Source of the DNA: Candidatus Latescibacterota bacterium
GTDB taxonomy: Bacteria; Latescibacterota; UBA2968; UBA8231
Assembly (NCBI GenBank): GCA_965261395.1
Contig: OZ253462.1
Location: 608,001-672,000 of the forward strand
Reading direction: 5' to 3'
DNA length: 64,000 bases
Shown here in pieces: positions 8,221-19,136 of the stretch (positions within the stretch are counted from its first letter, which is position 1; each line of letters opens with the position of its first letter). Under the pieces are notes generated by a model that saw only the letters and a list, made by a program, of their open reading frames with translations, was not told where the DNA came from and made no database searches. The position numbers were made by a program, and so were the translations under genes.

Positions 8221-11130
8221 TCAAAACTCCGTGAGAAACACCGCTTCAAAGCGCGAATCCCCTTCGTCAAAACGGTGGGCGTAGCGCAGGCCCATATCCA
8301 GTGGGATCGGCAGTGAAAAGGGATGGAAATTGGCCGTCAGCTCGGCACCGGCCGATTGGTAGATTTCAGGGGGCTGAGAGTCGTCCTCGCCGCGGCCGTA
8401 GTCATAAAAGAAGTTCACCTTGCCGCGCTTGAGGTACGCCAGCGCCCCCAAGCTCCAGTCCGGGTAGAGCAGCGGCAGGGCATAGTTGGCTGTCCCTTGG
8501 TAAAAGCGGTGGTGGAAGCGGTAGGAGTAGCCGCGGACAAAGGGCTGCTCGCTTGCAAAGCGGTAGGGGTTAGCGTCGGCATCGGCTCCTGCGGGATCCT
8601 GCCACTCGTAACCACCCTCCAGCCGCAGGCTGTGATGGGCTGCCAGACCGGGGAAGACCAGCCCTAGCTGCCCCGACAGCAAGGTGCCGTCGTAGTCGCC
8701 CGCAAAAGGCGTGTGGCGGTAGATTAGCTGCAGGCTCTGGCCATAGGCCGAGGCCAAATCGCGCGACGCCCGGTGGCGCGACCGCCCGAAGGTTAGCTGG
8801 TACGTCAGCGGCGCAAAGCGTCCGTTGTGGTTTTTTGTAAACGCGTCTTTTACTACGTCTTGGTTCGCGCTGCTCGAATCGGGCCAGTAGAGGTCGTCCT
8901 CGGCCCGGTTGAGGTTGTCCCTGCCGGCGATATCGGTCAATTCCGCCCTTGCGCTCAAATGGACGAAAGACTGCCAAGGGCCGCGGGAAAAATTCAAGGG
9001 TAGTTCGACGCCGGCTCTCAGGCTTTTCTCAGTCCACTTGTCCGTTTCTTCTTTGACCTTGAGGCTGTCGCCTTCCATTGCTCTCGTTTTGATCTCGTAG
9101 TCCTCGACCCGCTCGACCCAACGCCCGCCCGCGCTGAAAATGGGATACCACGCCGCCAAGCTGAAACCGCCCAAGACGCCGAAGGCGCTCTCGTTGCTGT
9201 TGTATTCGACCCCCCCGCTCATGTTGCTGAGATTGAGCAAATCGCTGGACGTGAGATTGAGGGCATAGCGCGGCGGCAAGGGACTGTAAGACCAGCTATG
9301 GACTTTGAGCAGATGACCCAGCGGCTGATAACTGCTCACCGGATAGGACCGTTGTGGAATGTCCGCCAATATAGGGCCGCCCTGCTCTTGGTCGATCAGC
9401 GGTTCGTAATAGCGCACTCGGCGGGCGGCGACCTGCTCAACCGGCGTCCAAGTCGCCGGGTCCAAGGGCATGGCCGCGATTCGATAGCCGTCAACGGTGT
9501 ACTCCTGGAACAGGAGCGAATCGCCAGCCACCGCCGCGTGGGTGGCCGCCAGCGGGCGGGAGGTTACCTGGTAGCGGGCTCCGCTCGGCAGGTGGACAGC
9601 GTGGATGTTGTCGAGGCCTCCATAGGGTGCATCGAATAGCAGGTAGGAACCCCAGAAGACCGGCCAGCCGATATCGGCGCTAGTATGCGGCAACACGATC
9701 TGCCCTTGGCCATCGGCAACGTCAATGCGCTCGAGCGCGTTGCCGCGTTCGTCCTGCCGCACCACGGCGACATAGCGCCCGTCTTCCGACCATCCCGGTG
9801 CGCGCCAAAAAACCCCGTCCGGAGCTGAAAAACGGGCTTGCTCCGCACCACTGGCGGTCTCCAATAGCACGAGGTGGCAGCGCCGATCCGGTCCGAATTC
9901 AACCGCGGCAATGCGCGCGCCATCAGGAGAAAGAGCAGGGGCGAACAACTTGGCCTTGTGGGTGAGTTGGCGCGTCTGGCCGCTGTCGACGTCCAGCACC
10001 ACTACATCGGAGTAGTTGCGAAAGCCCCAGCGCCGATCCGGGGTAGAGCGGTTCCAAGCCACTTTGCCGCCGGCCACGCGGATGCTGCCGAGCGATTGGT
10101 AAAAGCGCACGCGTTCCTCGCGGCCGTCGGGGTGTAGCCGCACCAGCGTCGCCGGGTTGGCCAAGCCGCTCTTGCTCGCCAGCACGCTGCCGTCGGCCAG
10201 CGGTTGCGGATATTCGTAGTTGGTCCAGATGCCCGACCGGCTCTGCCCGGCGAGCACTCGCAACGGCGTCGTGGGCAGGTCCTTTTGCTGGGTCTGCCAC
10301 AACTCGGTCAACTCGTCCATTGTCCGCTCGTAGGTCTGGGCGGCGCTGGCCCCGGTGTACTTCCTGAGCGCCCGGCTAAAGGCAAAGGGGTGGAACCCCC
10401 ACCTGGCGGTGCGACCTAGCACCTTGTCCCACGTCTCTGGACCGTAGTGGCGCTTGACGTAGGTGGTGAGAAAATATCCCAGCGGGTAGTGACTGGGGTA
10501 CCAATCGCGGTACGAGCGGAGGTGGGCCTTGTAGTAGGAATAGCGCCGTCCCGCCAAAAGCATGGCCCGAATGTCCAGATCAAACTGGGGCATGCGCCCG
10601 CGCCCGGTCTCGCTCAGCGCCGTCTCAACCCCCACCGCATCCCCCTCCCAAAACCACGGCGGCACCAACAGACCCGCTAAGGCGTAGCCCTGTTCGCCAA
10701 AAAAGAGCCAAGCCAGGCGGACGAAGCCCCGGCGCATGCGGTCGAACTGCACTACGTGGCGCATTTCGTGGACTGCCAATAGCTGGTACCACTCGCCGCT
10801 GAGCCGCCCCGCGTTTTGGGGCGGGGTGCTGAACCACACGCTGCGGCGCGGTGCCCAGGCGACAAAACCGTTGGCCTGAGTCGATTGGTTAACCAGCACC
10901 ACATCCAGCGGCTTTTGCGGCCCCCGCAGCGTTTTGGAGACTGGGCCGTAGACGTGTTCAAGCGTATTGGCTACCCGCTGGGCATCGGCGCTGATCGACG
11001 CGGGAAAAATGACTTTGAATCGCTCCGTTTGGATCTGTCGCCAGTCTAGGCCGGGCGGATTTTGCTGCGCGAATGACGGGCCGACGATCAGCACCGCCAG
11101 CGCGACTGCTTTCAGCATCTTGGTCATCAT
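8221..11130 (-). CDS. Outer-membrane protein: N-terminal HEXXH metallopeptidase-like domain, TolB-like beta-propeller, C-terminal beta-barrel
   Basis: Signal peptide; HEMRH plus PWFWEGDA; PALSPDG/PGWSEDG repeats; amphipathic strands ending in terminal Phe. Confidence 0.7.
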   Translation of the reverse strand: MMTKMLKAVALAVLIVGPSFAQQNPPGLDWRQIQTERFKVIFPASISADAQRVANTLEHVYGPVSKTLRGPQKPLDVVLVNQSTQANGFVAWAPRRSVWFSTPPQNAGRLSGEWYQLLAVHEMRHVVQFDRMRRGFVRLAWLFFGEQGYALAGLLVPPWFWEGDAVGVETALSETGRGRMPQFDLDIRAMLLAGRRYSYYKAHLRSYRDWYPSHYPLGYFLTTYVKRHYGPETWDKVLGRTARWGFHPFAFSRALRKYTGASAAQTYERTMDELTELWQTQQKDLPTTPLRVLAGQSRSGIWTNYEYPQPLADGSVLASKSGLANPATLVRLHPDGREERVRFYQSLGSIRVAGGKVAWNRSTPDRRWGFRNYSDVVVLDVDSGQTRQLTHKAKLFAPALSPDGARIAAVEFGPDRRCHLVLLETASGAEQARFSAPDGVFWRAPGWSEDGRYVAVVRQDERGNALERIDVADGQGQIVLPHTSADIGWPVFWGSYLLFDAPYGGLDNIHAVHLPSGARYQVTSRPLAATHAAVAGDSLLFQEYTVDGYRIAAMPLDPATWTPVEQVAARRVRYYEPLIDQEQGGPILADIPQRSYPVSSYQPLGHLLKVHSWSYSPLPPRYALNLTSSDLLNLSNMSGGVEYNSNESAFGVLGGFSLAAWYPIFSAGGRWVERVEDYEIKTRAMEGDSLKVKEETDKWTEKSLRAGVELPLNFSRGPWQSFVHLSARAELTDIAGRDNLNRAEDDLYWPDSSSANQDVVKDAFTKNHNGRFAPLTYQLTFGRSRHRASRDLASAYGQSLQLIYRHTPFAGDYDGTLLSGQLGLVFPGLAAHHSLRLEGGYEWQDPAGADADANPYRFASEQPFVRGYSYRFHHRFYQGTANYALPLLYPDWSLGALAYLKRGKVNFFYDYGRGEDDSQPPEIYQSAGAELTANFHPFSLPIPLDMGLRYAHRFDEGDSRFEAVFLTEF

Positions 11131-11236
11131 ACTCGCTTCCCCCTGATGGTTGATTAACTGCTGTTATGCAGCGTAAGAGGATATTTGTCCCTTTATCAGG
11201 GATTGATATTTTCAAAGTGACGCACTACCGTTGCGC

Positions 11237-12319
11237 CTAGCCCATCCGCAATTCCCGATCCGCCAGCGGCAAATCCACTCGCCCATTGCCCTGCCGATGC
11301 GACTCGCGCAAGCCAATGGCGATCTCCAGCGCTTCGCGCCCAAATTCCCCCGGGCAAACCCGCTCTTCCCCCTCCTCAATCGCCCGACAGACGCCCTCAA
11401 GCGCATCGACCATGGACGAGCGCGGGTGCCACGGGTTGGGGAATGGCCGCTGGATCGGCTCGCCGGTCTCCGGGTGCGCCCCCCACAGCTCGAATTGCGC
11501 GTGGGCGTTGCGCGAGACAATCATCCCGCGCTCGCCGATAAACTCCAAGGTCCACCCTCGCCCAGAGCGGTCGGCGCGGGAGTTCATAAAGCCGCGCACT
11601 CCGTTGGCGTAGGCAATGTAGCCCGAGCCGGATAAATCCCGGTCGGCTGCGGCCTGCTCGTCATCGTCCATCTCGCCCACCACCCACTCGGCCGGCGCTC
11701 CGGCAAAGAGCCGAAACAGGGCCAGCGTATGGCTTTGCAGATTCGACAGGCTGTGCGGGCTGTGGCAGACCATGGAGCGCAACCGGCCAATCGCCCCGTC
11801 GGCCATGGCCTGCCGCGCATTCGTGTACCAGCTATACCAGTTGAGATGACAGGCGATGGAAAAAATGGTCCCGCTTGCTTTGCACGCCGCGATCATCGCA
11901 TCGGCCTCGGCCAAGGTGCGGCACATCGGCTTGGTGGCAAAAATCGCCCGCACCCCGGCCTCGGCTAAGCCGATGACCACCTCGGCCCGCTCGTCGGGCC
12001 GCGTCGTCACCGCCACCACATCGGGCCGCTCTTGAGCGACCAACTCGCGGTAGTCTTCGTACAGGGCGTCCACTCCCCAACGCTGGGCAAAGTCGTCCAA
12101 TTTGGCTCGATCCACGTCGGCCGCGCCGATCAGCTCAATGCCCCGCGCTTCGATCATCGCCGGGGCGTGTGCCCACGGCCACGGATAGTGCGCCATCCCG
12201 ATGTGCTCGTCGTCGATGGTGCTGCCCATCCGCCCGCAGCCGACCACTGCGCCGCGATACGTTCCACGCGGGCTTGTCGCCGCGATCTGTTTGTAGGCCG
12301 CGCCCAACGGTTGTGCCAT
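11237..12319 (-). CDS. Gfo/Idh/MocA oxidoreductase
   Basis: VVGCGRMG, ATKPM, typical C-terminus; GAGG RBS before ATG 12319. Confidence 0.85.
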   Translation of the reverse strand: MAQPLGAAYKQIAATSPRGTYRGAVVGCGRMGSTIDDEHIGMAHYPWPWAHAPAMIEARGIELIGAADVDRAKLDDFAQRWGVDALYEDYRELVAQERPDVVAVTTRPDERAEVVIGLAEAGVRAIFATKPMCRTLAEADAMIAACKASGTIFSIACHLNWYSWYTNARQAMADGAIGRLRSMVCHSPHSLSNLQSHTLALFRLFAGAPAEWVVGEMDDDEQAAADRDLSGSGYIAYANGVRGFMNSRADRSGRGWTLEFIGERGMIVSRNAHAQFELWGAHPETGEPIQRPFPNPWHPRSSMVDALEGVCRAIEEGEERVCPGEFGREALEIAIGLRESHRQGNGRVDLPLADRELRMG

Positions 12320-12456
12320 GTCGTGCCTCCTCTGCGCGAAATTGCAAAAAGGGGTCTGATTAAATACCATTAATACAATAAGATGTGCGCTTTGCTTCCT
12401 CCTACCAAGGAAGAAGCCTCTCATGTACGTCAACATCCAGCAATTTAATTTGAGCC

Positions 12457-13272
12457 ATGCGCCTCGCCTTTTACACCTATAGCTACACCGACCGGCTTGA
12501 GATGCCGCTCGAGCCGGCACTGAAGAAAATCGCCGCTACCGGCTACGACGGCATCGACATTTCGGGGACCCACGGGCCGTCGGCGGACCCGCGCTCGGTG
12601 ACGCCCGAGTTGCGTGCGCAGACGCGGAGCACGGCCGAGCGGCTGGGCCTCACCATCGAAGCCGTCATCACCCACGCCAATCTCGCTGACTCGCTCTTTA
12701 CCGACGCGCCGCTCGACCTCAAGGGGTCCGTTGATCTGGCGGTGGACGTCGGCGCACCACTCGTCGTCTTCCACATGGGTGGCCCCAAAGACGACGATGC
12801 CGTCCAGCGCGCTGAAGCTTGGCGGCGGGTGGTCGCCTATCTCCAAGACGCGCTTTCCTACGCGGAGCCTCGCAACGTGCAGTTGGCAGTCGATGGCGTG
12901 TGGGCTGGTTGGCTCGCCGACACCCCCGAGCGCTTCTTGGAGTTGCACGACGAGGTCGGCAGCACGTCCTTTGGCGTCAATTTCGATCCTTGCTATCTGA
13001 CGCTCCTCGGCTTGGATCCGGTCGCGGTCGCCCATCAGTGGCAGGGGCGCATTGTGCACGCCCACCTCAAGGACCACATCGGCACCTATCCCGACTGGGA
13101 CCACAAAATCCCCGGCCAAGGAAGCCTCGACTATCCGCGCATCGTGCAGGCGCTCAAGGACATCGGCTTTGCCGGGGCCATGGCGATAGAGACGTTTGTC
13201 ACCATGGATTTCGACGAATCCTGCGCAGTCGGCTACGCGGCGTTGACACCGGCGCTGAGCCGGGAACGCTAG
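12457..13272 (+). CDS. Sugar phosphate isomerase/epimerase (xylose isomerase-like TIM barrel)
   Basis: GYDGIDI, NFDP, HAHLKD, PGQGSLDY, IE motifs. Confidence 0.85.
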   Translation: MRLAFYTYSYTDRLEMPLEPALKKIAATGYDGIDISGTHGPSADPRSVTPELRAQTRSTAERLGLTIEAVITHANLADSLFTDAPLDLKGSVDLAVDVGAPLVVFHMGGPKDDDAVQRAEAWRRVVAYLQDALSYAEPRNVQLAVDGVWAGWLADTPERFLELHDEVGSTSFGVNFDPCYLTLLGLDPVAVAHQWQGRIVHAHLKDHIGTYPDWDHKIPGQGSLDYPRIVQALKDIGFAGAMAIETFVTMDFDESCAVGYAALTPALSRER

Positions 13273-13439
13273 CGATGTCTTGGTCTCCAGCGCGGCGACG
13301 ATGAGTATTTCCCACCCTTTCATTGACATTGCCCGATTTGAGCGCGGCGCGTGGGCCGACGAGCGCAGACGCCGACACTACAGCTCAATAGCGGCCCTTG
13401 CACCGACCACACAGCGGCGAGTATTGCTTTTTACGCCGC

Positions 13440-14282
13440 ATGGCAGAAAGCGAGATAGACGCATTGACTACTTTTGACTTCCACGGCAAAAAGGCCGTGG
13501 CAACCGGAGCCGGGGGGGCCATTGGCGGCGAGATCGCCCGCGGCTTGGCCCAAGCTGGCGCAGAAGTGGCGATCTGGGACATTTCACCAGAGGCGGCCCG
13601 CGCCAAAGCCGACGAGATCAACCAAGACTTCCCGAACAAGGTCCTCCCCGTCGAGTGCAACGTCGTCAGCAAAGACAGCGTCGAGGCCGCGCTCGCGGAG
13701 ACCATCGAACAATTTGGCACCGTTGACTTCCTGCTCAATGGGGCCGGCGGCAGCCACAAGGATACCACCACCTCCCCGGAGCTCGAATTCTTTGATATTG
13801 ATCCAGAGGCGGTCAAGATGGTGATGGATCTCAACTATCTAAGCGCTGTCCTGCCCTCGCAGGCGGTGGGCCGCGTCTTCGCCGCTAAAGGTGAGGGAGC
13901 CGTCGTCAATATCACCTCAATCGGCGGAGGGCTGCCGCTGTCGCGGGCCTTGGCGTATTCCAACGGCAAGGCTGCCGCCGATAGTTTCACTCGCTGGCTA
14001 GCCGTGCACATGGCCACTACCTACGCATCCAAAATCCGCGTCAATGCCGTAGCCCCGGGCTTTATGATCACCACGCAAAACCGCTTCCTGCTCCTCGACG
14101 AAACGAGCGGCGAACTGACCGATCGCGGCGAGACTATTCTCAAAAATGTCCCGATGGCCCGCTTTGGCGGTCCGCACGAGGTCGTCGGCGCGGCCCTGTG
14201 GCTCTTTTCAGACACAGCCGCGTTTGTCACCGGTGCCATCGTGCCCATTGACGGCGGCTTTTCCGCATTTTGCGGCGTATAA
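13440..14282 (+). CDS. SDR oxidoreductase (D-mannonate oxidoreductase-like)
   Basis: [36 protein letters not shown]. Confidence 0.85.
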   Translation: MAESEIDALTTFDFHGKKAVATGAGGAIGGEIARGLAQAGAEVAIWDISPEAARAKADEINQDFPNKVLPVECNVVSKDSVEAALAETIEQFGTVDFLLNGAGGSHKDTTTSPELEFFDIDPEAVKMVMDLNYLSAVLPSQAVGRVFAAKGEGAVVNITSIGGGLPLSRALAYSNGKAAADSFTRWLAVHMATTYASKIRVNAVAPGFMITTQNRFLLLDETSGELTDRGETILKNVPMARFGGPHEVVGAALWLFSDTAAFVTGAIVPIDGGFSAFCGV

Positions 14283-14311
14283 GACCAATTCATTCAAATC
14301 AGGAGTTTACT

Positions 14312-15985
14312 TTGCTACCGGACATAGAAATCGCCCGCCAAACCTCACTCCGTCCCATCGACGACGTAGCCGCCCAACTCGGGATCGGCTCCGAACACCT
14401 CGAACACTACGGCCGCGTCAAGGCCAAGATCTCGCAGGATTTCTGCCAGCAACTCGAAAACACGCCGACTACCGGCAAACTGATCGTCGTCTCGGCCATC
14501 AACCCGACTCCGGCTGGCGAGGGCAAGACCACAACCACCATCGGCCTCGGCGACGCGCTCAACCGCATTGGCAAGCGCGCCACTGTCTGCCTGCGGGAGC
14601 CTTCGCTAGGGCCTTGCTTCGGCATGAAGGGCGGTGGTGCCGGCGGCGGCTACGCTCAGGTGGCACCGATGGAGGACATCAACTTGCACTTCACTGGCGA
14701 CATCCACGCCGTCTCCACCGCGCACAACCTACTCGCCGCGGCCCTCGACAACTACATCCACCACGGCAATGTGCGCCGCATTGACCCCCGTCGCATCGTC
14801 TGGAACCGCGTCCTCGATATAAATGACCGGGCACTGCGCGATATCGTCATCGGGCTAGGGGGGACCGCCAACTCCTTTCCGCGCCAATCGGGGTTCGACA
14901 TTGCCGTCGCCTCAGAGGTCATGGCCATCCTCTGCCTCTCCGAATCGCGGGCCGAACTCAAAGAGCGACTCGGCCGGATCGTCGTCGCCCAGACCCGCGC
15001 CCGCGAAACCGTCCGCGCCGCGGACCTAGCGGTCCACGGCGCTATGGCGGTGCTGCTCAAGGACGCCTGCCAACCCAACTTGGTGCAGACCCTAGAGGGC
15101 AACCCGGCTTTAGTCCACGGCGGCCCTTTTGCCAATATCGCCCACGGCTGCAACTCCATTGCTGCCACCCGCCTGAGCACGCGCCTATCCGAATACACCA
15201 TCACCGAGGCCGGCTTTGGTGCGGACTTGGGCGTGGAGAAATTCGCCAACATCAAGTGTCGCCAGAGCGGCCTAACACCCGACCTCGTAGTATTGGTGGC
15301 CACGGTGCGCGCGCTCAAATTTCACGGCGGTGCCACACTCAAACGCATTGCCAAACCCAATGTCGGGGCGGTTGAACGGGGCGTCGAAAACCTCAAGAAG
15401 CACATCGAAAACATCCGCCTCTTCGGCTTGCCCGTCGTCGTCGCGGTCAATGCCTTCGCCACGGATACCGACGACGAGATCCAGTCCATCCACGACAAGT
15501 GCGCTCACCTCGGCGTTGAGATCGTCCCCGCGGATCACCACGCCCGCGGCGGCGCTGGTGCCGAAGACCTCGCCCGCACCGTGGTGCAGGTAGCCGAAAA
15601 CACGCAGAGCGACTTCAAGCTCCTCTATCCCAACGACATGCGGCTTTGGGACAAGGTCCGCACCGTCGCCCAAGCCATCTACGGCGCCGACGACATCATG
15701 GGCGACAAGCTGCTGCGGAACAAGTTCCGGCGGCTGGAGGACGAAGGCTACGGCAACTTGCCCGTCTGCATAGCCAAGACCCAGTACTCGCTCTCGACCG
15801 ATCCCGGCCTCAAGGGGCGGCCGCGCGGCTTTGACGTGCCGATCCGCGACGTCAAAGTCTCGGCCGGGGCCGGCTTTGTGGTGGTGCTGACAGGCGATAT
15901 TATGACGATGCCCGGCCTGCCAAAGAAGCCCTCGGCCGAGTCGATTGATCTCGACGAAGCAGGACAGACCAAGGGGTTGTTCTGA
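14312..15985 (+). CDS. fhs: Formate--tetrahydrofolate ligase
   Basis: [53 protein letters not shown]; AGGAG RBS before TTG. Confidence 0.97.
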   Translation: MLPDIEIARQTSLRPIDDVAAQLGIGSEHLEHYGRVKAKISQDFCQQLENTPTTGKLIVVSAINPTPAGEGKTTTTIGLGDALNRIGKRATVCLREPSLGPCFGMKGGGAGGGYAQVAPMEDINLHFTGDIHAVSTAHNLLAAALDNYIHHGNVRRIDPRRIVWNRVLDINDRALRDIVIGLGGTANSFPRQSGFDIAVASEVMAILCLSESRAELKERLGRIVVAQTRARETVRAADLAVHGAMAVLLKDACQPNLVQTLEGNPALVHGGPFANIAHGCNSIAATRLSTRLSEYTITEAGFGADLGVEKFANIKCRQSGLTPDLVVLVATVRALKFHGGATLKRIAKPNVGAVERGVENLKKHIENIRLFGLPVVVAVNAFATDTDDEIQSIHDKCAHLGVEIVPADHHARGGAGAEDLARTVVQVAENTQSDFKLLYPNDMRLWDKVRTVAQAIYGADDIMGDKLLRNKFRRLEDEGYGNLPVCIAKTQYSLSTDPGLKGRPRGFDVPIRDVKVSAGAGFVVVLTGDIMTMPGLPKKPSAESIDLDEAGQTKGLF

Positions 15986-16024
15986 GAGGGACACAGAACC
16001 CGTAACCACACAGGACAACGGACC

Positions 16025-17389
16025 ATGTCATTCTCAAAGCGACTGGAATCGTGCTCTCTCGAACGCATTACCAAGATGAAGGATGTGGTAATGCAGGAGA
16101 TAGATAGTATTGACCGTCAGCTAGCCGAAAAAGAAAAAGAGCTCGACGAAATGATCGAGAAGGTAGAGACGGTCAGTTTGAGCAAGAGGCACGGCCAATA
16201 CGAACTGAATCTGGATAAAGCTGAATCGCAGCTCGATAGGTTAAACGCCGAAAAAGATAAGCTGCTAGACAAGGCCGCGATCATTGAGGAAGCACGGCAA
16301 AAGAAGCACCTGATGAACCAACAGGCGCGGGTGCTTGGCAGTACCAAAAGGGTGATGGTCAAAGACATGCTCATCTTTTTCCTCATCCTTTTTATTATTG
16401 GCATTCTGGTGGTTGACTTACTCGGCATTGGGGCCACTGGCGGCGGGGCCGTTGCCCGAGCCGAAGTTGAGGACGGCCAGATACGCCGAGTCGTCGTTCT
16501 GAGTGAGGGCACTAGCTACGAACGGGTGAATATTGAAATAGAGGACAAAGTGGGGTCTGGTGCCTTGGTTACCGGGCAGGTCGTCGAGGGCAAGCTAACC
16601 CAAGCGGAAGTCATTGAGGCCGGCGAACACTACGTCAAGCCCACAGTGGAGATCGCGCCCCACTTTGCAGTCGGCAAGCTATGGCTATTTTGGATCCTCG
16701 ACGTGATCTGCTGCACGGTTTTTATGGTCAACTTCTTTTTTGAACACGCCCTCGCCGCGTCCAAAAAGTGGTACTGGAAGCGCAACTGGATCGACTTCAT
16801 AACGTCCATTCCGCTGCCTCCAGTGCAAGTCATTGCCGCGTCCGGCCAACTGGAGTTTGTCCGCCTTGGGCGTCTGCTCCGGGCCATGCGGATTTTGCGG
16901 GCGCTGAGAGTGTTCCGCATCGCGCTGTTTTTCTGGCGGGGTATGGACCATTTGAGCTCCACATTGGACGTGAGGCTCCTCAAGCGATCCCTGTTGTACG
17001 GCTTGTTATCGCTCGTGTTTGGGGCCTGCATTTTCATGAGCTTGGAGCGCATGGATTCTGGTTCGGGATTCTGGGCGAGTCTTTGGTGGAGCTTTACGAC
17101 GCTGGTCACTGGCGGGTACGCCGACATCCACAATCCCGAGACGGCTTCGGGCAAAATCCTCACCGTTTTTCTGGTGATTACGGGTATGGTTCTGGTGGGT
17201 GTCTTTACGGCTACGCTGACCAGCATCCTCGTAAGCGACGAGGATTCCTTGAAGGTCGAGGAGCTAGAAGAGCAGGTCGGGATCGTAACGAAAATTCAGG
17301 AAGACATAAAAGACACCAACGAGCGTCTAGACCGGCTGGAAGGTACCATCCGCGAAATCCGGGACGCCGTGGCGGCGCAGGAGAAATAG
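16025..17389 (+). CDS. 6TM voltage-gated ion channel (Kv-like) with atypical filter and extracytoplasmic insertion
   Basis: NWIDFI (S3), S4 RLGRLLRAMRILRALRVFR, pore helix SLWWSFTTLVTGGYADI, S6; N- and C-terminal coiled coils. Confidence 0.85.
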   Translation: MSFSKRLESCSLERITKMKDVVMQEIDSIDRQLAEKEKELDEMIEKVETVSLSKRHGQYELNLDKAESQLDRLNAEKDKLLDKAAIIEEARQKKHLMNQQARVLGSTKRVMVKDMLIFFLILFIIGILVVDLLGIGATGGGAVARAEVEDGQIRRVVVLSEGTSYERVNIEIEDKVGSGALVTGQVVEGKLTQAEVIEAGEHYVKPTVEIAPHFAVGKLWLFWILDVICCTVFMVNFFFEHALAASKKWYWKRNWIDFITSIPLPPVQVIAASGQLEFVRLGRLLRAMRILRALRVFRIALFFWRGMDHLSSTLDVRLLKRSLLYGLLSLVFGACIFMSLERMDSGSGFWASLWWSFTTLVTGGYADIHNPETASGKILTVFLVITGMVLVGVFTATLTSILVSDEDSLKVEELEEQVGIVTKIQEDIKDTNERLDRLEGTIREIRDAVAAQEK

Positions 17390-17397
17390 CGGCGGCT

Positions 17398-19035
17398 TCA
17401 GGCGAGCTTTTCTCTAGCTTCCAGGACTTTTGCCACTACTACTTCGACATCCTTTTCATCCACAAACGGCGACACGATAAAGGACTTCAGCGCGACAATC
17501 GGTTCCTGATATTGGGTGTGCCGGTAGCAGTCGGTCGAGGAAAGGATGACCCCGCGTCCGGCCATGGCCTCCGCATGCACGTACTCGAAAATTTTTCGGT
17601 TGTAGTCGTTGTGGGCTAGCAGCGTCTCCCGATAGGCAGGGTCGTCGAATTCTTGGCGCTTGATCGCAAAAGTATCCACGTCGGGTGGATATACCCGGAA
17701 GAGCGTTACCGTGCCAAAATTGTCGCGGTTGAGTACGGTGATGGCTTCGTGTCCTTCGAGGTGCTCGCGCAAAAGCTGGGTCATCTCGACCGTGTGCCCG
17801 AGTGCGACGCGCAAGCCCTGCTCGCCGAAAAAGCGAAAATTGGCCAGCGCAGTTAGCGGGCCGGTCCCGGCTCTGGATGTTTCGAGAGTGTACATGCCGG
17901 GGCGGTGGTCGCCAAAGTGATAGAGGTACGGCATCTGCTCCGGGCTGCGTATCAGTAGGTGCAAATCCGTGCGATCTTTGACGAGGACCAGGCTGGAGAT
18001 ATACGGGGCAAAGCCGGTCTTGTGGAAGTCAATGCCCATGGAATCGGCCAGCGCCAGATGGCGGATGCGCCGGCACGCTCCAGCGAGAGCGCGCAGGGTC
18101 CGCGGTCGAAACTCCAAGGGGTTGTCCTGAAAATCGTAGTCGTTGAACACCGACCACGCCCAGCCAATGACCGCGTCGGCGTGGATGTGCGGGCGGTAGG
18201 AGAGTTGGAATTCATCGACGAGCGAGTCGCGCAAGGCCGCAATCGCCTGCAAGTCGTCCAAGCCGAACGCATCCGTAGTCCCCATAGTCGCAATAATGGC
18301 GGCGATCTTTTTTCCGCTATCCAAGGCCGCCCGCGCTGCATCCGCTAGCTGCGCGAGGTCGATTTCGTTGTCGGCTATCGTCGGAATGACGATCAACTGG
18401 TCGGTGCCAATGCCGAGCCAGCCGACGATGTTGTGGGCGCAATAGTGCCCGGCGTCGGAAACGAGGACCACTACATCTTTAGGTACGCCTTGGTCCATGG
18501 CCCGGGGGCAGGCTTTTTCCAGACCGATCTTTACCCCATAGAGCGTGGTGCCGGTGCCGCCAAAGGTAAACGTGCCGCTGGCTTGTTGTGGGTCGTAGCC
18601 AACCATCCGCGCGGTAATGCCGACCGCTTCGACTTCGGCCAAGGCGACGAGGCGGCTGTATTCATCCCAAGCGATGTTGGGGTTGTGCAACGAGGCGAGT
18701 AAGACGCCGATGAGGCTGGGAATGGTCGGGGGCGCGATGACGTTTTGTTGGGTGTGGGGATGGCTGGAGATGGTTATGCCGCGCAGGTAGCTGACGAGGT
18801 CTGAGGTAACTGCCTCGACCGAAGACATCTCAGCGGGCAACTCGGCGTTTTGCGCTTCAGCAAAGTCGCCAGCAACCACCGGACCAAGCGTCGGCAACTG
18901 CATTTTCAGCGCATCGACCTGGTCTAGGGCGCGCATGATGGAATGCACGAAATACGAATCGTGAATGGGGTCGGATACTGGTTGGGGGAAGGCGCGGCGG
19001 ATGTGTTCTAGGCTGTCGCGGTAGGATGTGGCCAT
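17398..19035 (-). CDS. Group II PLP-dependent amino acid decarboxylase
   Basis: FTFGGTGTTLYG, ATMGTTDAFGLDDL, HADAVIG, ADSMGIDFHK (PLP Lys), TLETSR. Confidence 0.88.
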   Translation of the reverse strand: MATSYRDSLEHIRRAFPQPVSDPIHDSYFVHSIMRALDQVDALKMQLPTLGPVVAGDFAEAQNAELPAEMSSVEAVTSDLVSYLRGITISSHPHTQQNVIAPPTIPSLIGVLLASLHNPNIAWDEYSRLVALAEVEAVGITARMVGYDPQQASGTFTFGGTGTTLYGVKIGLEKACPRAMDQGVPKDVVVLVSDAGHYCAHNIVGWLGIGTDQLIVIPTIADNEIDLAQLADAARAALDSGKKIAAIIATMGTTDAFGLDDLQAIAALRDSLVDEFQLSYRPHIHADAVIGWAWSVFNDYDFQDNPLEFRPRTLRALAGACRRIRHLALADSMGIDFHKTGFAPYISSLVLVKDRTDLHLLIRSPEQMPYLYHFGDHRPGMYTLETSRAGTGPLTALANFRFFGEQGLRVALGHTVEMTQLLREHLEGHEAITVLNRDNFGTVTLFRVYPPDVDTFAIKRQEFDDPAYRETLLAHNDYNRKIFEYVHAEAMAGRGVILSSTDCYRHTQYQEPIVALKSFIVSPFVDEKDVEVVVAKVLEAREKLA

Positions 19036-19068
19036 GTCCTGCGTCCAATTTAGGCAAAGGGATGAGAC

Positions 19069-19108
19069 ACAAAAGGCCGAGTACCAAAACAGGTACCCGG
19101 CCTTTTGT
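19069..19108 (-). terminator. Intrinsic terminator downstream of the TonB receptor gene
   Basis: ACAAAAGGCCGAGTACC-loop-GGTACCCGGCCTTTTGT hairpin with T-tracts on both strands. Confidence 0.75.
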
Positions 19109-19136
19109 TATAACTCAGGATTGCCGTCCGGCGTTC

